Shown piece after piece: positions 28,146 to 37,917 of a stretch of DNA of 64,000 nucleotides; position 1 is the stretch's first letter, and every line of letters starts with the position of its first letter. The DNA lies in IMG/VR virus record IMGVR_UViG_3300021400_002728, positions 37,154 to 101,153 of that record, one strand, 5' to 3'. This DNA comes from a virus (Duplodnaviria > Heunggongvirae > Uroviricota > Caudoviricetes). Made by a program: the position numbers and the translations under genes. A model generated the notes under the pieces. The model saw only the letters and a program-made list of their open reading frames with translations, made no database searches and was not told the DNA's origin.

Positions 28146-29162
28146 TTACTTTGTCACTCTGCTTACATACTCAAGAATATCAGTAGACATAGCTAAGCTA
28201 TCAATAAGTTTATTAAACTTCTCTTCATCTACAAGTATATAAGACTTATTGTTAATAGTTACTTTAACTAAATCTATTTTCTCAGGAACTACTTCCTGAA
28301 AAATTTCGTCGCTTTTTACCTGCTCAATAGTATTAAATGCTTTTTCAGTTCTTTCCTCAACTGTAGAATTATCCTGTGCAGCATTTGCAAGCTGTACAAT
28401 CATATTATATACATTATCATTTAATAGATGATTAGTAGCAAGCTGTGCAGAAATATAACTCTTACTCATATTACACATAACTGAAATTTCAGACTGTGAC
28501 TTACCAGTTTGCTTAATAAGATCTTTAATTTTTGCCTTATATGCTTCATCGGCCTTTTCAGAATGATATACTCTTTTAGCATTATTCATAAGCTTTTCCT
28601 CTATTTTTGCTATATCATTATTAAGTTCTTTTATAAGTTCATCATAGAAAATCTTGTCCATTCTACAAGTCTGCATACAAGTATAGATATAACCAGCAGA
28701 TTTATTATGATTAATACAAAATTTAACTCTATTAATATTTGAATTTTTAAGTAATGTCTTAAGTTCATCTTTATTAAACTCAACAATACTACCGTCATTA
28801 ACCTTTGATCTAGTCTTTCTAACAGTTGTTTTATTCATATTTTTTACCTCTATATTATCCATAGGAGATGTTACTTTAGCATTAGCTGATAACTGATGTT
28901 CAACTTTAGTAGCTCTATTATCATCTTTTGCAAATACATATTTATCATCAGATGAAAATGTAGGATAGCCTATATTAAAAAAATCACATAACAACATATA
29001 ATAAGTCTTAGGCATAGTCTTCTTATCAAAACATTCGTCTAAGAAATTCTTATCTCTAAATAATGCTTTTTCACTAACAAACTCATGTGACAATCCAGCA
29101 GCTGCAATAACATTCTTGATAATTATAACATCAAGATTAACTAGGTACTCATTCTCAATCAT
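28146..29162 (-). CDS. Putative DNA-binding protein, paralog-like of 27359..28132 (start moved to MIENEY; GAGGAAA SD)
   Basis: HTH-like segment KQTGKSQSEISVMCNMSKSYISAQL; same architecture. Confidence 0.4.
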   Translation of the reverse strand: MIENEYLVNLDVIIIKNVIAAAGLSHEFVSEKALFRDKNFLDECFDKKTMPKTYYMLLCDFFNIGYPTFSSDDKYVFAKDDNRATKVEHQLSANAKVTSPMDNIEVKNMNKTTVRKTRSKVNDGSIVEFNKDELKTLLKNSNINRVKFCINHNKSAGYIYTCMQTCRMDKIFYDELIKELNNDIAKIEEKLMNNAKRVYHSEKADEAYKAKIKDLIKQTGKSQSEISVMCNMSKSYISAQLATNHLLNDNVYNMIVQLANAAQDNSTVEERTEKAFNTIEQVKSDEIFQEVVPEKIDLVKVTINNKSYILVDEEKFNKLIDSLAMSTDILEYVSRVTK

Positions 29163-29215
29163 TATTGTTTCCTCATAAAAATAAACTACATTACAAATAG
29201 GCAAAGACCAAGCCC

Positions 29216-31417
29216 TTAGGACTTAGTCTCTGCATAGAACATATTTCTAAGAGATACGATATCTCTAGGAATTAAATCTCTCTGCTCCTGATCATATGAG
29301 TTGTAAAGCCTCTGGCAGAAAGCATAGAAGTTATTTGAAAGCTGATTGGTAAGGAATCCAGTTCTGTTAAGCTTACCATACTTAAGAGTTGCCTGAGCAA
29401 CATGTCTCATGCACTTCCAGAAGTTGTAGTAAGCAAGCTTAACCTTAACCATATAACCTGCAGCATCTTCAATTACGAAACCCTCAATGATTCTACCATC
29501 AAATTCATAACCTTCAGCAGTTACTTCATTGTACCAGTCAAAGAACTCTGAGTAAGAATTGATAGTGTATGCCTTAGTCTTAGTCTTAATACCAAGCTCT
29601 CTACCAATGTTAACTACCTGATCATATTCATACTGAGCAAACTTAATATCATTCTTAATGATAGCAAGTAAGAAGAGCTCTGATTCAGGATATTCAATGA
29701 TGTGAGGATCACGCTTCATATCTACATTCTCGAATACGAAAGTTACCTTATCATTCTTTGCAATTTCCTTCATCTTTGCAATAGCTTCAGGAGTCATCTT
29801 AGCATCGATTGCTTCTCTTAACCATACTGAGAATTCACCTTCAGGATTTGACTTAGTAGTTACAAAGAGATCATCAGTTTCTTCATCATATGATACCAGA
29901 CCAAGATAACCATTTTCCTTGACATAACAGGTAACAGGGAAAGTAAGAGTATACTGGAGCATCTCTAACTTAGTCTCAGGTCTCTCATTGATATTGAAGA
30001 ACTTATTAAATCCTCTAGCAACTACATTCATAGTTCTAGTGTTAACATAAAGTCCTCTAGCAACTACAGTCTGGTTATTCCAGATCTTATCAAGGAAAGC
30101 ATCCTTAGTAAAGTTGAAAGATGAGATGTTACCAAACTTCTTCTCCATAATGAATCTGTTCTTTCTCATTGCTTCTACAGTGTCAATAACTGAAAGATCA
30201 AGAGACTGAGATTTTGCTTCAACTGCTTCAGGTTCAGCAAATACTGTGTTCTCAATTTCAACAATGTTGAAACCATTCTTATCGAGTTCTACAACTCTAA
30301 GATTACCACCATATTCAACCTTACCTTCAAGATCAAATACTCTATCTCTTAACTGAGTAGGATCAGTTTTAGTATTTCTGTGACCAAAGATCTGGTACTG
30401 ATTCTCATCAGTAGTAGCCATCCAAGTATCAGCTACCTGCTCATAGTCATTGTACTTACCTACACCATTAATCATCTGACAAGTAGCCATGAAAGTAAGA
30501 TTCTCAGGCATAGTAGCTACACCACCATGAGTAACAAGAATTTCTTTGTCACCATAAGTGTACCAAGCACACTGACCCATCTTTCTGTAAAGCTGACGAA
30601 TCTTTGAAGGATCGATGGCTGCTGCAACAAGCTGGTCCTTAGTCTTAAGTTCAAACTCTTCATTTCTGCTAATACCACCATTTGCATAGATCCAGAAAGA
30701 CTTGTCGTGATTACCTTCAAGAATAAGTACGTTCTTCTTCTGGCAGATATCAATCATGAAGTTCATAACTTCTGCATTTTCGATACCACGATCAAGAAGG
30801 TCTCCTAAGAAGATGTACATATAGTTGTCATTGAGTCCGTCCTTAAGATAAGTCTTAAGAGCAGTGTAACAACCATGAATATCACCAATGTGAATGATCT
30901 TCTCATAGTTAGACATATCGAATCTCTTGATGAACATCTCTTCAAAATGCTCAGGATCGATAACCTTGATACCAGAAGGAATCTTCTGATTCTCAAATCT
31001 TGCATACATCTTATCAATTACTTCTTCAGGAACTCTCTTATATTCATCACGAGAAGCATTGCGTCTCTTACACTCCTCGATAGGAAGCTTAGTAAAGTCA
31101 ATGATGAACATTCTGTAACGATACTGATCACACATCTCCTTATATTTGTTCATCTCTTCAGTCTTAGAATTAGTTGCATCGATTACAGTGAATTCACCAT
31201 GAGACATACGAATGTCAAGCAGCTTGAAGAGCATCTGCCATACATTCTTCTCGTTATTCTGTGAAATTTCAGTAGTACCATAAATATTCTGCTGTGCTGA
31301 CTGACACTGAAGTCTAATCTCATCAGCAGACAAAGCAAAAGGTCTAAGTCCATGCTTATCAATGAACGTAGACTTTCCACAACCAGGTGCTCCTCTGAAA
31401 AGTAAAAGTGATCTCAT
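29216..31417 (-). CDS. Polynucleotide kinase-phosphatase with C-terminal ligase-like domain (bacterial Pnkp-type RNA repair enzyme)
   Basis: P-loop LLFRGAPGCGKST (5' kinase); calcineurin-like phosphoesterase motifs IHIGDIHGCY, LGDLLDRG, GNHD; C-terminal nucleotidyltransferase-like CYVKENGYLG (K-x-N-G motif I). Confidence 0.75.
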   Translation of the reverse strand: MRSLLLFRGAPGCGKSTFIDKHGLRPFALSADEIRLQCQSAQQNIYGTTEISQNNEKNVWQMLFKLLDIRMSHGEFTVIDATNSKTEEMNKYKEMCDQYRYRMFIIDFTKLPIEECKRRNASRDEYKRVPEEVIDKMYARFENQKIPSGIKVIDPEHFEEMFIKRFDMSNYEKIIHIGDIHGCYTALKTYLKDGLNDNYMYIFLGDLLDRGIENAEVMNFMIDICQKKNVLILEGNHDKSFWIYANGGISRNEEFELKTKDQLVAAAIDPSKIRQLYRKMGQCAWYTYGDKEILVTHGGVATMPENLTFMATCQMINGVGKYNDYEQVADTWMATTDENQYQIFGHRNTKTDPTQLRDRVFDLEGKVEYGGNLRVVELDKNGFNIVEIENTVFAEPEAVEAKSQSLDLSVIDTVEAMRKNRFIMEKKFGNISSFNFTKDAFLDKIWNNQTVVARGLYVNTRTMNVVARGFNKFFNINERPETKLEMLQYTLTFPVTCYVKENGYLGLVSYDEETDDLFVTTKSNPEGEFSVWLREAIDAKMTPEAIAKMKEIAKNDKVTFVFENVDMKRDPHIIEYPESELFLLAIIKNDIKFAQYEYDQVVNIGRELGIKTKTKAYTINSYSEFFDWYNEVTAEGYEFDGRIIEGFVIEDAAGYMVKVKLAYYNFWKCMRHVAQATLKYGKLNRTGFLTNQLSNNFYAFCQRLYNSYDQEQRDLIPRDIVSLRNMFYAETKS

Positions 31418-31449
31418 TTAGTGACCTCCATAATATTTATTATGAGATA

Positions 31450-31485
31450 ATTATAACATGAATATAGAAGTTTGTAAATAGATAA
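31450..31485 (-). promoter_or_regulatory. Promoter P-h: ATTTATCTATTTACA -N17- TGtTATAAT
   Basis: Family member upstream of Pnkp. Confidence 0.6.
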
Positions 31486-31503
31486 ATATAAAAAATCTCA
31501 AAA

Positions 31504-31534
31504 GTAAAGCCGTCATATTTCAAACGGCTCTACT
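31504..31534 (-). terminator. Hairpin (AGCCGT/ACGGCT core, extendable to 10 bp) followed by U-rich tract on minus RNA; terminator after HflC-like gene
   Basis: Seen in sequence. Confidence 0.5.
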
Positions 31535-31558
31535 AATAAGAAACTTATATGTTAAAAA

Positions 31559-32434
31559 TTAGTTGTTGCCATAAAGCAGCTGAGCATATTCTGAATCTTT
31601 GTCAAGAATGATTGTAGAATCGCCATGTGCTAATGCTTCAAGTGAATCAAGACCTCTTACAAAGTTATAAAAATCTGCTTTTTCAGGATCATTATAAGCA
31701 TCAGACAAAATTCTCATGTACTCAGCTTCACCTTCTGCAGTAATCTTTGCTGCTTCAGCTTCAGCATCTGCGATTGTAATGGCTACCTGACGGTCAGTCT
31801 CATTTCTAATCTTACGAGCGTCTGCTTCACCAGTTGCAGTATATCCTGCAGCAATATTATTACGTTCAGAGATCATTCTCTCATAAACTGCATTTTTATT
31901 ATCATCAGGAAGATCAAGTGCTTTAATCTCAGCAAGATCGATTACAATACCATACTGAGAAATATCAGTATTTGCAGCAGTAGTAATCATATTAGTAAGT
32001 GTATTACCTCTTGCAGCAATAATCTCATCCTGAGTCATAGCCGAAATTGTATTCTTAGTTGCGTTATATACCGCAGCTTCAATTCTCTCTTCAGCTCTTG
32101 CCTGTGTAGCACCAACTGTCTGGTAGTACTTAACAGGATCTACTACTGACCAAATAACATAGTCATCAGCGATCATTGATTTCTTATCAGCAGTAATTAC
32201 ATCAGATGCAGGAATATCAAAGAGCATATCACCTGTGTAAACCTTTACAGTACTCTCAATGAATGGAGTATGTAAGTGAAAACCAGTATTTGAAACTACT
32301 TCTTTTGCTCTACCAAGTCGAACAATAATTGCTGTCTCATTGGTACGAACAGTGTACGCGGATGAAAATAACAAGATCAGACCAACGATGAAAAGTAAAA
32401 CTCCGCTAATGGTACCGATAATAAACTTCTTCAT
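31559..32434 (-). CDS. SPFH/band-7 protein, HflC-like
   Basis: N-terminal TM anchor then VRTNETAIIVRLGRAKEVVSNTGFHLHTPFIESTVKVYTGDMLFD...ITADKKSMIADDYVIW (HflC/prohibitin pattern). Confidence 0.75.
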   Translation of the reverse strand: MKKFIIGTISGVLLFIVGLILLFSSAYTVRTNETAIIVRLGRAKEVVSNTGFHLHTPFIESTVKVYTGDMLFDIPASDVITADKKSMIADDYVIWSVVDPVKYYQTVGATQARAEERIEAAVYNATKNTISAMTQDEIIAARGNTLTNMITTAANTDISQYGIVIDLAEIKALDLPDDNKNAVYERMISERNNIAAGYTATGEADARKIRNETDRQVAITIADAEAEAAKITAEGEAEYMRILSDAYNDPEKADFYNFVRGLDSLEALAHGDSTIILDKDSEYAQLLYGNN

Positions 32435-33423
32435 TAGTTTTCACCTCCATTAGTATAGGTATTTGTAGTAGTATTAGCAAATGAATCGAGAGGGTACATA
32501 GTAGATGTAGATCCATCAGTAATAATGATCTTACAATTAGGAAGTACCTCTTCCATCTTCTCATAGAACATTCTCTGTTTAGTTACGAGAGGATAAAGCT
32601 TATACTGCTCATACATCTGATTAAATCTTTCAACCTGACCATTTGCTTCAGCAATTCTTGCAGCTTTTTCAGCTTCAGCTGCCTGAATAACTGCATCGGC
32701 AGAAGCATCTGCAGCAGGAATCTCACTATTCTGATACTGTAATGCATTATTCTTTGCAGTATCTGCACCCTGCTTAGCAGTTTCAACAGATTTGAATGCT
32801 GCAATAATTTCAGCAGTTGGTGGTTCAGAGTCCTGAACTGTAATATTAACTACAGTAAGACCAATATTTCTTCTATCAAGTTCGTTAATCATTGCTTCCT
32901 TGATATCAGCCTGAATCTGACCTTTTCCAGTAGTCATTGCTTCATCAACAGTATAGTTAGAAACTACTGTACGAATATTTGCAAGAGCAATATTTGAAAG
33001 TGTTGTTTCAGGATTAGCTGAATTATAGACATAAGCAACTGGATCAGATACACGATATTCAAGATAGAAATCGATATTCAAAAGGTTGAAATCTGATGTA
33101 ATCATGATACCGTTATCTGTATCTGTGATATTCTGACCATCTTCTGAAACAATATAACCAATTCCAGTACCATGTGTCGTCATATCAACTTTCTTGACAG
33201 ACTGCCAAGGTGCTTTGAAGTAGAATCCAGCAGTATCAACTCTTACGATCGTACCAAACTGTGTAACGATGGCATTATGCTGCTCATCTACTGAGTAGAA
33301 ACATTTAAACAAACATATAATAAGGAAAAGTCCACCAATACATGCGAGTACAATGTTTCTTACTTTCTTTGAGGCATCAAGAACCTCTTTTTCATAAGAA
33401 CTCATTTCATTATTCTTACTCAT
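32434..33423 (-). CDS. SPFH/band-7 protein, HflK-like (start moved to MSKNNEM; AAGGAG-7nt-ATG)
   Basis: TM anchor, SPFH core (DEQHNAIVTQFGTIVRV...), Ala/Gln-rich coiled coil (AAEAEKAARIAEANGQ). Confidence 0.75.
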   Translation of the reverse strand: MSKNNEMSSYEKEVLDASKKVRNIVLACIGGLFLIICLFKCFYSVDEQHNAIVTQFGTIVRVDTAGFYFKAPWQSVKKVDMTTHGTGIGYIVSEDGQNITDTDNGIMITSDFNLLNIDFYLEYRVSDPVAYVYNSANPETTLSNIALANIRTVVSNYTVDEAMTTGKGQIQADIKEAMINELDRRNIGLTVVNITVQDSEPPTAEIIAAFKSVETAKQGADTAKNNALQYQNSEIPAADASADAVIQAAEAEKAARIAEANGQVERFNQMYEQYKLYPLVTKQRMFYEKMEEVLPNCKIIITDGSTSTMYPLDSFANTTTNTYTNGGEN

Positions 33424-33472
33424 CACTGTCTCCTTTACATATAAATACACTCATAATTGAGCATCTATCTAT

Positions 33473-33508
33473 ATCATATAATATATCAAAGAAATTGTAA
33501 ATAGTTTT
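33473..33508 (-). promoter_or_regulatory. Promoter P-i: AAAAACTATTTACA -N17- TATGAT
   Basis: Family member. Confidence 0.55.
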
Positions 33509-33523
33509 TTGATATGTTAATGC

Positions 33524-34249
33524 TTAGATACGTTCATATTTAGGCATAGGACTTACTTTGTGGAGATTAATTCTATGTCTACGTTCGATATTCTCTTTCT
33601 TATCATTATCATCAATCTCACCAGTTGCAATATAATGATCGAGTTCTGCATAAGTGAAACCGAGATTATCTTCATCAGTCTTGCCACAAAGACCATCAGA
33701 AGGTGTCTTATGTACAAGTTCTGCAGGAAGACCAAGTGCATCACCGATCTGAAGCATTTCAGTTACAGTGAATTCGCAACAAGGACTGAAATCACCAGCA
33801 GAATCACCAAACTTAGTAGAATAACCAACATAATCTTCAGAACAGTTACATGTATTGCACACTCTACCACCTTCAGGAAGAGACTGTGCAATAGCATAAA
33901 GAGTAGTCATACGAAGTCTAGGCGGAATATTTTCTTTGGTTGCTTGAGAAGGATTATCAAGCTGTCCTAAAAGACCCTTGTATGCGTCTGCAATGTTGAT
34001 TGTATAACTTCTAATACCTAACAGATCAATTACTTTCTGGCTATCAGAAATATCTTTCTGTTCTCCATTTGGCATCATAACACCAACAACACGATCTTTA
34101 CCAAGAGCATCTACAAGCAGTTTAGCGATGATTGTTGAGTCCTTACCACCAGAAATACCGATTACTGCACTAGCAGTAGGACCATTCTTTGTGAACCAGC
34201 TTCTTATCCAGCTCTTAATTTCACTAATTTCAAAATTTACATCAAACAT
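33524..34249 (-). CDS. nadE: NH3-dependent NAD+ synthetase
   Basis: PP-loop IGISGGKDSTIIAKL; size 241 aa. Confidence 0.8.
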   Translation of the reverse strand: MFDVNFEISEIKSWIRSWFTKNGPTASAVIGISGGKDSTIIAKLLVDALGKDRVVGVMMPNGEQKDISDSQKVIDLLGIRSYTINIADAYKGLLGQLDNPSQATKENIPPRLRMTTLYAIAQSLPEGGRVCNTCNCSEDYVGYSTKFGDSAGDFSPCCEFTVTEMLQIGDALGLPAELVHKTPSDGLCGKTDEDNLGFTYAELDHYIATGEIDDNDKKENIERRHRINLHKVSPMPKYERI

Positions 34250-34253
34250 ATTA

Positions 34254-35174
34254 TTATGCCTCCTTAAAATGAAGTTTGAGAATGTTTACCACATCTTCTG
34301 ATAATTTATACCATTTATGGTCTTTACCATATCGTTGTGCTATTTCTTTTAATCTATCATCTAATGTAGTGTCTTCTCCAGTTGGACTTACAGTCATATC
34401 GGCATAATTCAGAATAAGCCACTCATTAGTAACGGTAGGAGGAATAGTTCCATGATTTTCAATAAATTCACTATACTTCCAACCATTTAGAATTTCAGCT
34501 CCGACTTTCTCATGATGTTCAGGATCAAATTCATATCCCATATCATGATTCCATCCTAAAGCAAACATTGATCTTGCAAACTGCTCATCATAATCAAGAT
34601 CTTTTGCAGTTTTATATGCTTTACGTGCAACACCTATAATATGATGAAGTCGATCTTCAGTAATCATACTTCTAATGATACCTTTTTCTTCACAGTATTT
34701 ATAAAATGACAGTGCTAACAGATGACGATATTTTAATGGATTCTTACGAATCATGGTACCAGAAATGGGAATATCATTTCTATCTGCTACATAAAACTTA
34801 TGATTAGGATAGAGCTGTTTAATCTTTTCTTCATAAGAAGGTTCACCCATATACCATTTGCATTCAGAATTAGGATCAATACCTGCCTGATCAAATAGTT
34901 CATTACACCATACTCTCCAATTTTCAAGAGTAAATGTACCATCAAGGAAAAGTTTGCTATCATCAATAAGAACAATCTTAACTCGGTCAAACCCTCCAAA
35001 TTCCTGTTTAACTAGCTCATATCTAGTTCTAAAAGGAATGAAGTCTTTTCCTCGATCATTATCAAAGCCACAAACTCCAATGACTACTTCATCATTTTCA
35101 GCCAAGGCTTTGTATATCAATGAAGTATGACCTGTATGCATAGGTATATAACAACCAAAAGTTATTCCTACCAT
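34254..35174 (-). CDS. Nicotinate/nicotinamide mononucleotide adenylyltransferase (NadM/NadR-type) fused to a C-terminal HD-like domain
   Basis: (H/T)xGH motif CYIPMHTGHTSLI; ISGTMIR (SxTxxR) motif; C-terminal HHIIGVA...HDMGY. Confidence 0.7.
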   Translation of the reverse strand: MVGITFGCYIPMHTGHTSLIYKALAENDEVVIGVCGFDNDRGKDFIPFRTRYELVKQEFGGFDRVKIVLIDDSKLFLDGTFTLENWRVWCNELFDQAGIDPNSECKWYMGEPSYEEKIKQLYPNHKFYVADRNDIPISGTMIRKNPLKYRHLLALSFYKYCEEKGIIRSMITEDRLHHIIGVARKAYKTAKDLDYDEQFARSMFALGWNHDMGYEFDPEHHEKVGAEILNGWKYSEFIENHGTIPPTVTNEWLILNYADMTVSPTGEDTTLDDRLKEIAQRYGKDHKWYKLSEDVVNILKLHFKEA

Positions 35175-35183
35175 TTGATCTCC

Positions 35184-35690
35184 TTAGATTACATCTACCT
35201 GGAAAGTTTTCATTGCATCGATTGCAGTCTTGTGAGTATCAGGAGTTACACAAGCACAAAGTCTCTCGATTACCTTAACAGTAGTCTCAGGACAGAATGC
35301 TTTAGCAAGTGCTACATTGCTGATTACACAGATTCCAGTACATACACCACAGAACTCAACATAGTCGAAACCATTGTTCTTGATGTAGTTAGCGAGATCT
35401 ACACTACCGAAAGTAGGTTTATTGAAGATATTTGCATTTGCAGGAACATCGATTCCATCAACGATCTGCCATCCTTCAGTACCTTCAATACAGTGAACAA
35501 CTGGAAGCTTGCTACCTTCCTGAGTCTCCATATAGTTAGGCTGGTGAGTATCTCTTGTAAAAACTACTTCTCCGTCAAAATTCTTTACGTAGTCATTGAT
35601 ATCACCAACGATCTTCTGTGCTTCTGTATTTGCAAGAGCTCCAGTAACGAAGTCATTCTGCATATCTACAACAACTAAAAGTTTCTTCAT
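35184..35690 (-). CDS. pncA: Nicotinamidase (isochorismatase family)
   Basis: LLVVVDMQNDF N-terminus; catalytic Cys context FCGVCTGICVISN; Lys in middle. Confidence 0.75.
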   Translation of the reverse strand: MKKLLVVVDMQNDFVTGALANTEAQKIVGDINDYVKNFDGEVVFTRDTHQPNYMETQEGSKLPVVHCIEGTEGWQIVDGIDVPANANIFNKPTFGSVDLANYIKNNGFDYVEFCGVCTGICVISNVALAKAFCPETTVKVIERLCACVTPDTHKTAIDAMKTFQVDVI

Positions 35691-35722
35691 ATAAGTTTCT
35701 CCTTTATAATTGATTTTATATT

Positions 35723-35758
35723 ATTATAACATGCTACAATACACTTGTAAATAGTTTT
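35723..35758 (-). promoter_or_regulatory. Promoter P-j: AAAAACTATTTACA -N17- TATAAT
   Basis: Family member heading the helicase / NAD operon. Confidence 0.6.
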
Positions 35759-36063
35759 TAGTATCTAGATGCAATACCTGTTACTAACTCATCTAATTCT
35801 CTGAAGAACCTGTCTTGAGAATCTTCCCATTTATTTTCAAGCTGTTCTGAATATGTAGCAACTTCACCGCCACAATCATATTCTACATATATAAATACTT
35901 CACCAGTTTCTATACTAACTGCTACCCAACCATAATAAATACTTGGGAACTTAACACATTTTTCATATACTCGTTCTAACTCACCAGTAACACTACGATG
36001 CTCGTATTTGAAACCATGTTTAGTGAGTATATTATCTCTATTTTCTACACTTAATATACCCAT
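35758..36063 (-). CDS. Hypothetical protein
   Basis: ORF track; ATG overlaps stop of upstream zinc-ribbon ORF (TAATG). Confidence 0.45.
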   Translation of the reverse strand: MGILSVENRDNILTKHGFKYEHRSVTGELERVYEKCVKFPSIYYGWVAVSIETGEVFIYVEYDCGGEVATYSEQLENKWEDSQDRFFRELDELVTGIASRY

Positions 36064-36239
36064 TATTCTTCTTTCTCCTTTTTCATAATTTTACCACAAA
36101 CTGGACACTTATCTGGCCTAATTTCAGTTCCATGAGAATTTATAGGTGCGTCTGTTTTACATGAGGCACATCTATATCTATAAAAATCATTATCTCCAAA
36201 ATTTTTACAGTACTCTTCCCAATAACTAGTATTTTCCAT
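36063..36239 (-). CDS. Small zinc-ribbon protein (58 aa), below ORF-track size cutoff
   Basis: Own translation MENTSYWEEYCKNFGDNDFYRYRCASCKTDAPINSHGTEIRPDKCPVCGKIMKKEKEE; CxxC...CxxC; GGAG SD; TAATG coupling to next gene. Confidence 0.5.
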   Translation of the reverse strand: MENTSYWEEYCKNFGDNDFYRYRCASCKTDAPINSHGTEIRPDKCPVCGKIMKKEKEE

Positions 36240-36247
36240 AATATCTC

Positions 36248-37612
36248 CTATTTATGTTTAGCATAAAATTCCTTAAATCGTTCAAATGTACTATCCATAC
36301 ACATTAAGAACTTAACTATATCTGGATCTGTCTTAACATGTATGGCTCTAAGTTTTTGACCATTAACTGGTTGAATATAAATCTTTTCTAGAGTCTTACA
36401 TCTAGATAAAGCTACATACAATTGTCCAGGACTCCAAATTTCTGGAATAAGATTCATCTGATCATAAGTCTGTCCTTGACTTTTATGAATAGTAATTGCA
36501 TACGCTATCTTAAATGGAAACTGAGTAATAGAACCAATCTGCTTTTCAATAACTCTACCTTCAATTACTTCATACTCATAGAATTTCTGAGTAAAAGGTT
36601 CTACAGTAATAAGATTACCATTATCTAACTGTATTTCTACTTTTTGTTTTCTAGTATAGACTTTAGTAATAGTACCAAGTGATCCGTTGATATATGCATG
36701 ACTTTCATTATCATTTATGAGCATAACTACTCGTGCATTAACTGCATAGTTTAACTCATCTACAAATGTAGTTTGGCTCATATCAACTTTACCATATCTT
36801 TCGGCATAGTTAGTATGACTTCTTGCTAAACCTTTCATACATTCAAGATTCTTTTCTTCTGCAGTCGCATTAGTACCACATAACCAAATTCCATTAGGAA
36901 TAATTTCCTGAGCAGAATTAGAATTAAGATATGGAAGATCTTCTTTTTTACCAATTTTAATATTATCAAGTGCGTCGCAGAACTTAGAATCAGACTGTCT
37001 CATCTGCTGTCTAAGTACTAATGGAATAAACTTATATTCAGGCCAATAATGTGAATGGAAACAATATCCATTTCCCATATCTTTACCAGTAATCTTTTTA
37101 TATGTTGCTGCATCATCAGGTCTAACTACAGGTGGCAACTGACTAAAATCTCCAGCAAGAATAACCATAATAGGTTTCTTACCATAAGATTCTCTATATT
37201 CGTTAGCTCTCTCAATATTTGACATTACATTATCAAAGACATCTATTCTTGCCATAGATATTTCTTCAATAAGACACACATCTACATATTGTATCATATC
37301 AATACAATTGTCTTCTTGTTTATCGTCAAGATCTTCAGAAACGACATGAGTAGGAACTTTAAATAATCTATGAATAGTCATTCCACCAACATTAATTGCA
37401 GCCACGCCAGTAGGTGCAACTTTAACTAAGTTGATATTATTAAGTCTACAAAAATCAGACCAGGTTCTAATAAGATAACTTTTTCCTACACCAGCATCAC
37501 CAGTAATGAAGAAATGTCTACCATTATTATAACCCCAAAGCATCATATCAAAGATTAACGACTGATCATCATTTAATGTGTTGTATGTATCTGGGTACTT
37601 ATAACTTCGCAT
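36248..37612 (-). CDS. SF1B DNA helicase, Pif1/RecD/Dda-like
   Basis: Walker A FFITGDAGVGKSY; C-terminal ITIHKSQGQTYDQ motif typical of RecD/Pif1 family. Confidence 0.8.
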   Translation of the reverse strand: MRSYKYPDTYNTLNDDQSLIFDMMLWGYNNGRHFFITGDAGVGKSYLIRTWSDFCRLNNINLVKVAPTGVAAINVGGMTIHRLFKVPTHVVSEDLDDKQEDNCIDMIQYVDVCLIEEISMARIDVFDNVMSNIERANEYRESYGKKPIMVILAGDFSQLPPVVRPDDAATYKKITGKDMGNGYCFHSHYWPEYKFIPLVLRQQMRQSDSKFCDALDNIKIGKKEDLPYLNSNSAQEIIPNGIWLCGTNATAEEKNLECMKGLARSHTNYAERYGKVDMSQTTFVDELNYAVNARVVMLINDNESHAYINGSLGTITKVYTRKQKVEIQLDNGNLITVEPFTQKFYEYEVIEGRVIEKQIGSITQFPFKIAYAITIHKSQGQTYDQMNLIPEIWSPGQLYVALSRCKTLEKIYIQPVNGQKLRAIHVKTDPDIVKFLMCMDSTFERFKEFYAKHK

Positions 37613-37623
37613 TTATTCAACCT

Positions 37624-37905
37624 CTATTTCTGATCTCTACCTATATGATAACCAGTACAGTAAGCACATTTATATACACTAAATGGTGTACCAAATTTTC
37701 TTTCTAAGGCTTCTGCTGCTTTATAGGCAGTTTCTTTGGTATTATAGACTTGCTTATCTTTACCTACATTCTTATGCATATTAGTATGTGAGTTTATGCT
37801 AAAAATTCCAAGTGCATTGTGTGTGATAAATATATTTCGAAAAGCACCCTTAAGTCTAATTTGAAACCAAATAGCTTTAAACATTTCTTTTATTTTTATT
37901 TTCAT
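37624..37905 (-). CDS. Hypothetical protein with C-terminal Cys cluster
   Basis: ORF track; YKCAYCTGYH. Confidence 0.4.
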   Translation of the reverse strand: MKIKIKEMFKAIWFQIRLKGAFRNIFITHNALGIFSINSHTNMHKNVGKDKQVYNTKETAYKAAEALERKFGTPFSVYKCAYCTGYHIGRDQK

Positions 37906-37917
37906 TGTACATCTCCC

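Noticed and set aside
35127-35678. 183-aa plus-strand ORF
   Set aside because: Antisense to the nicotinamidase gene; no RBS; composition typical of a spurious frame.
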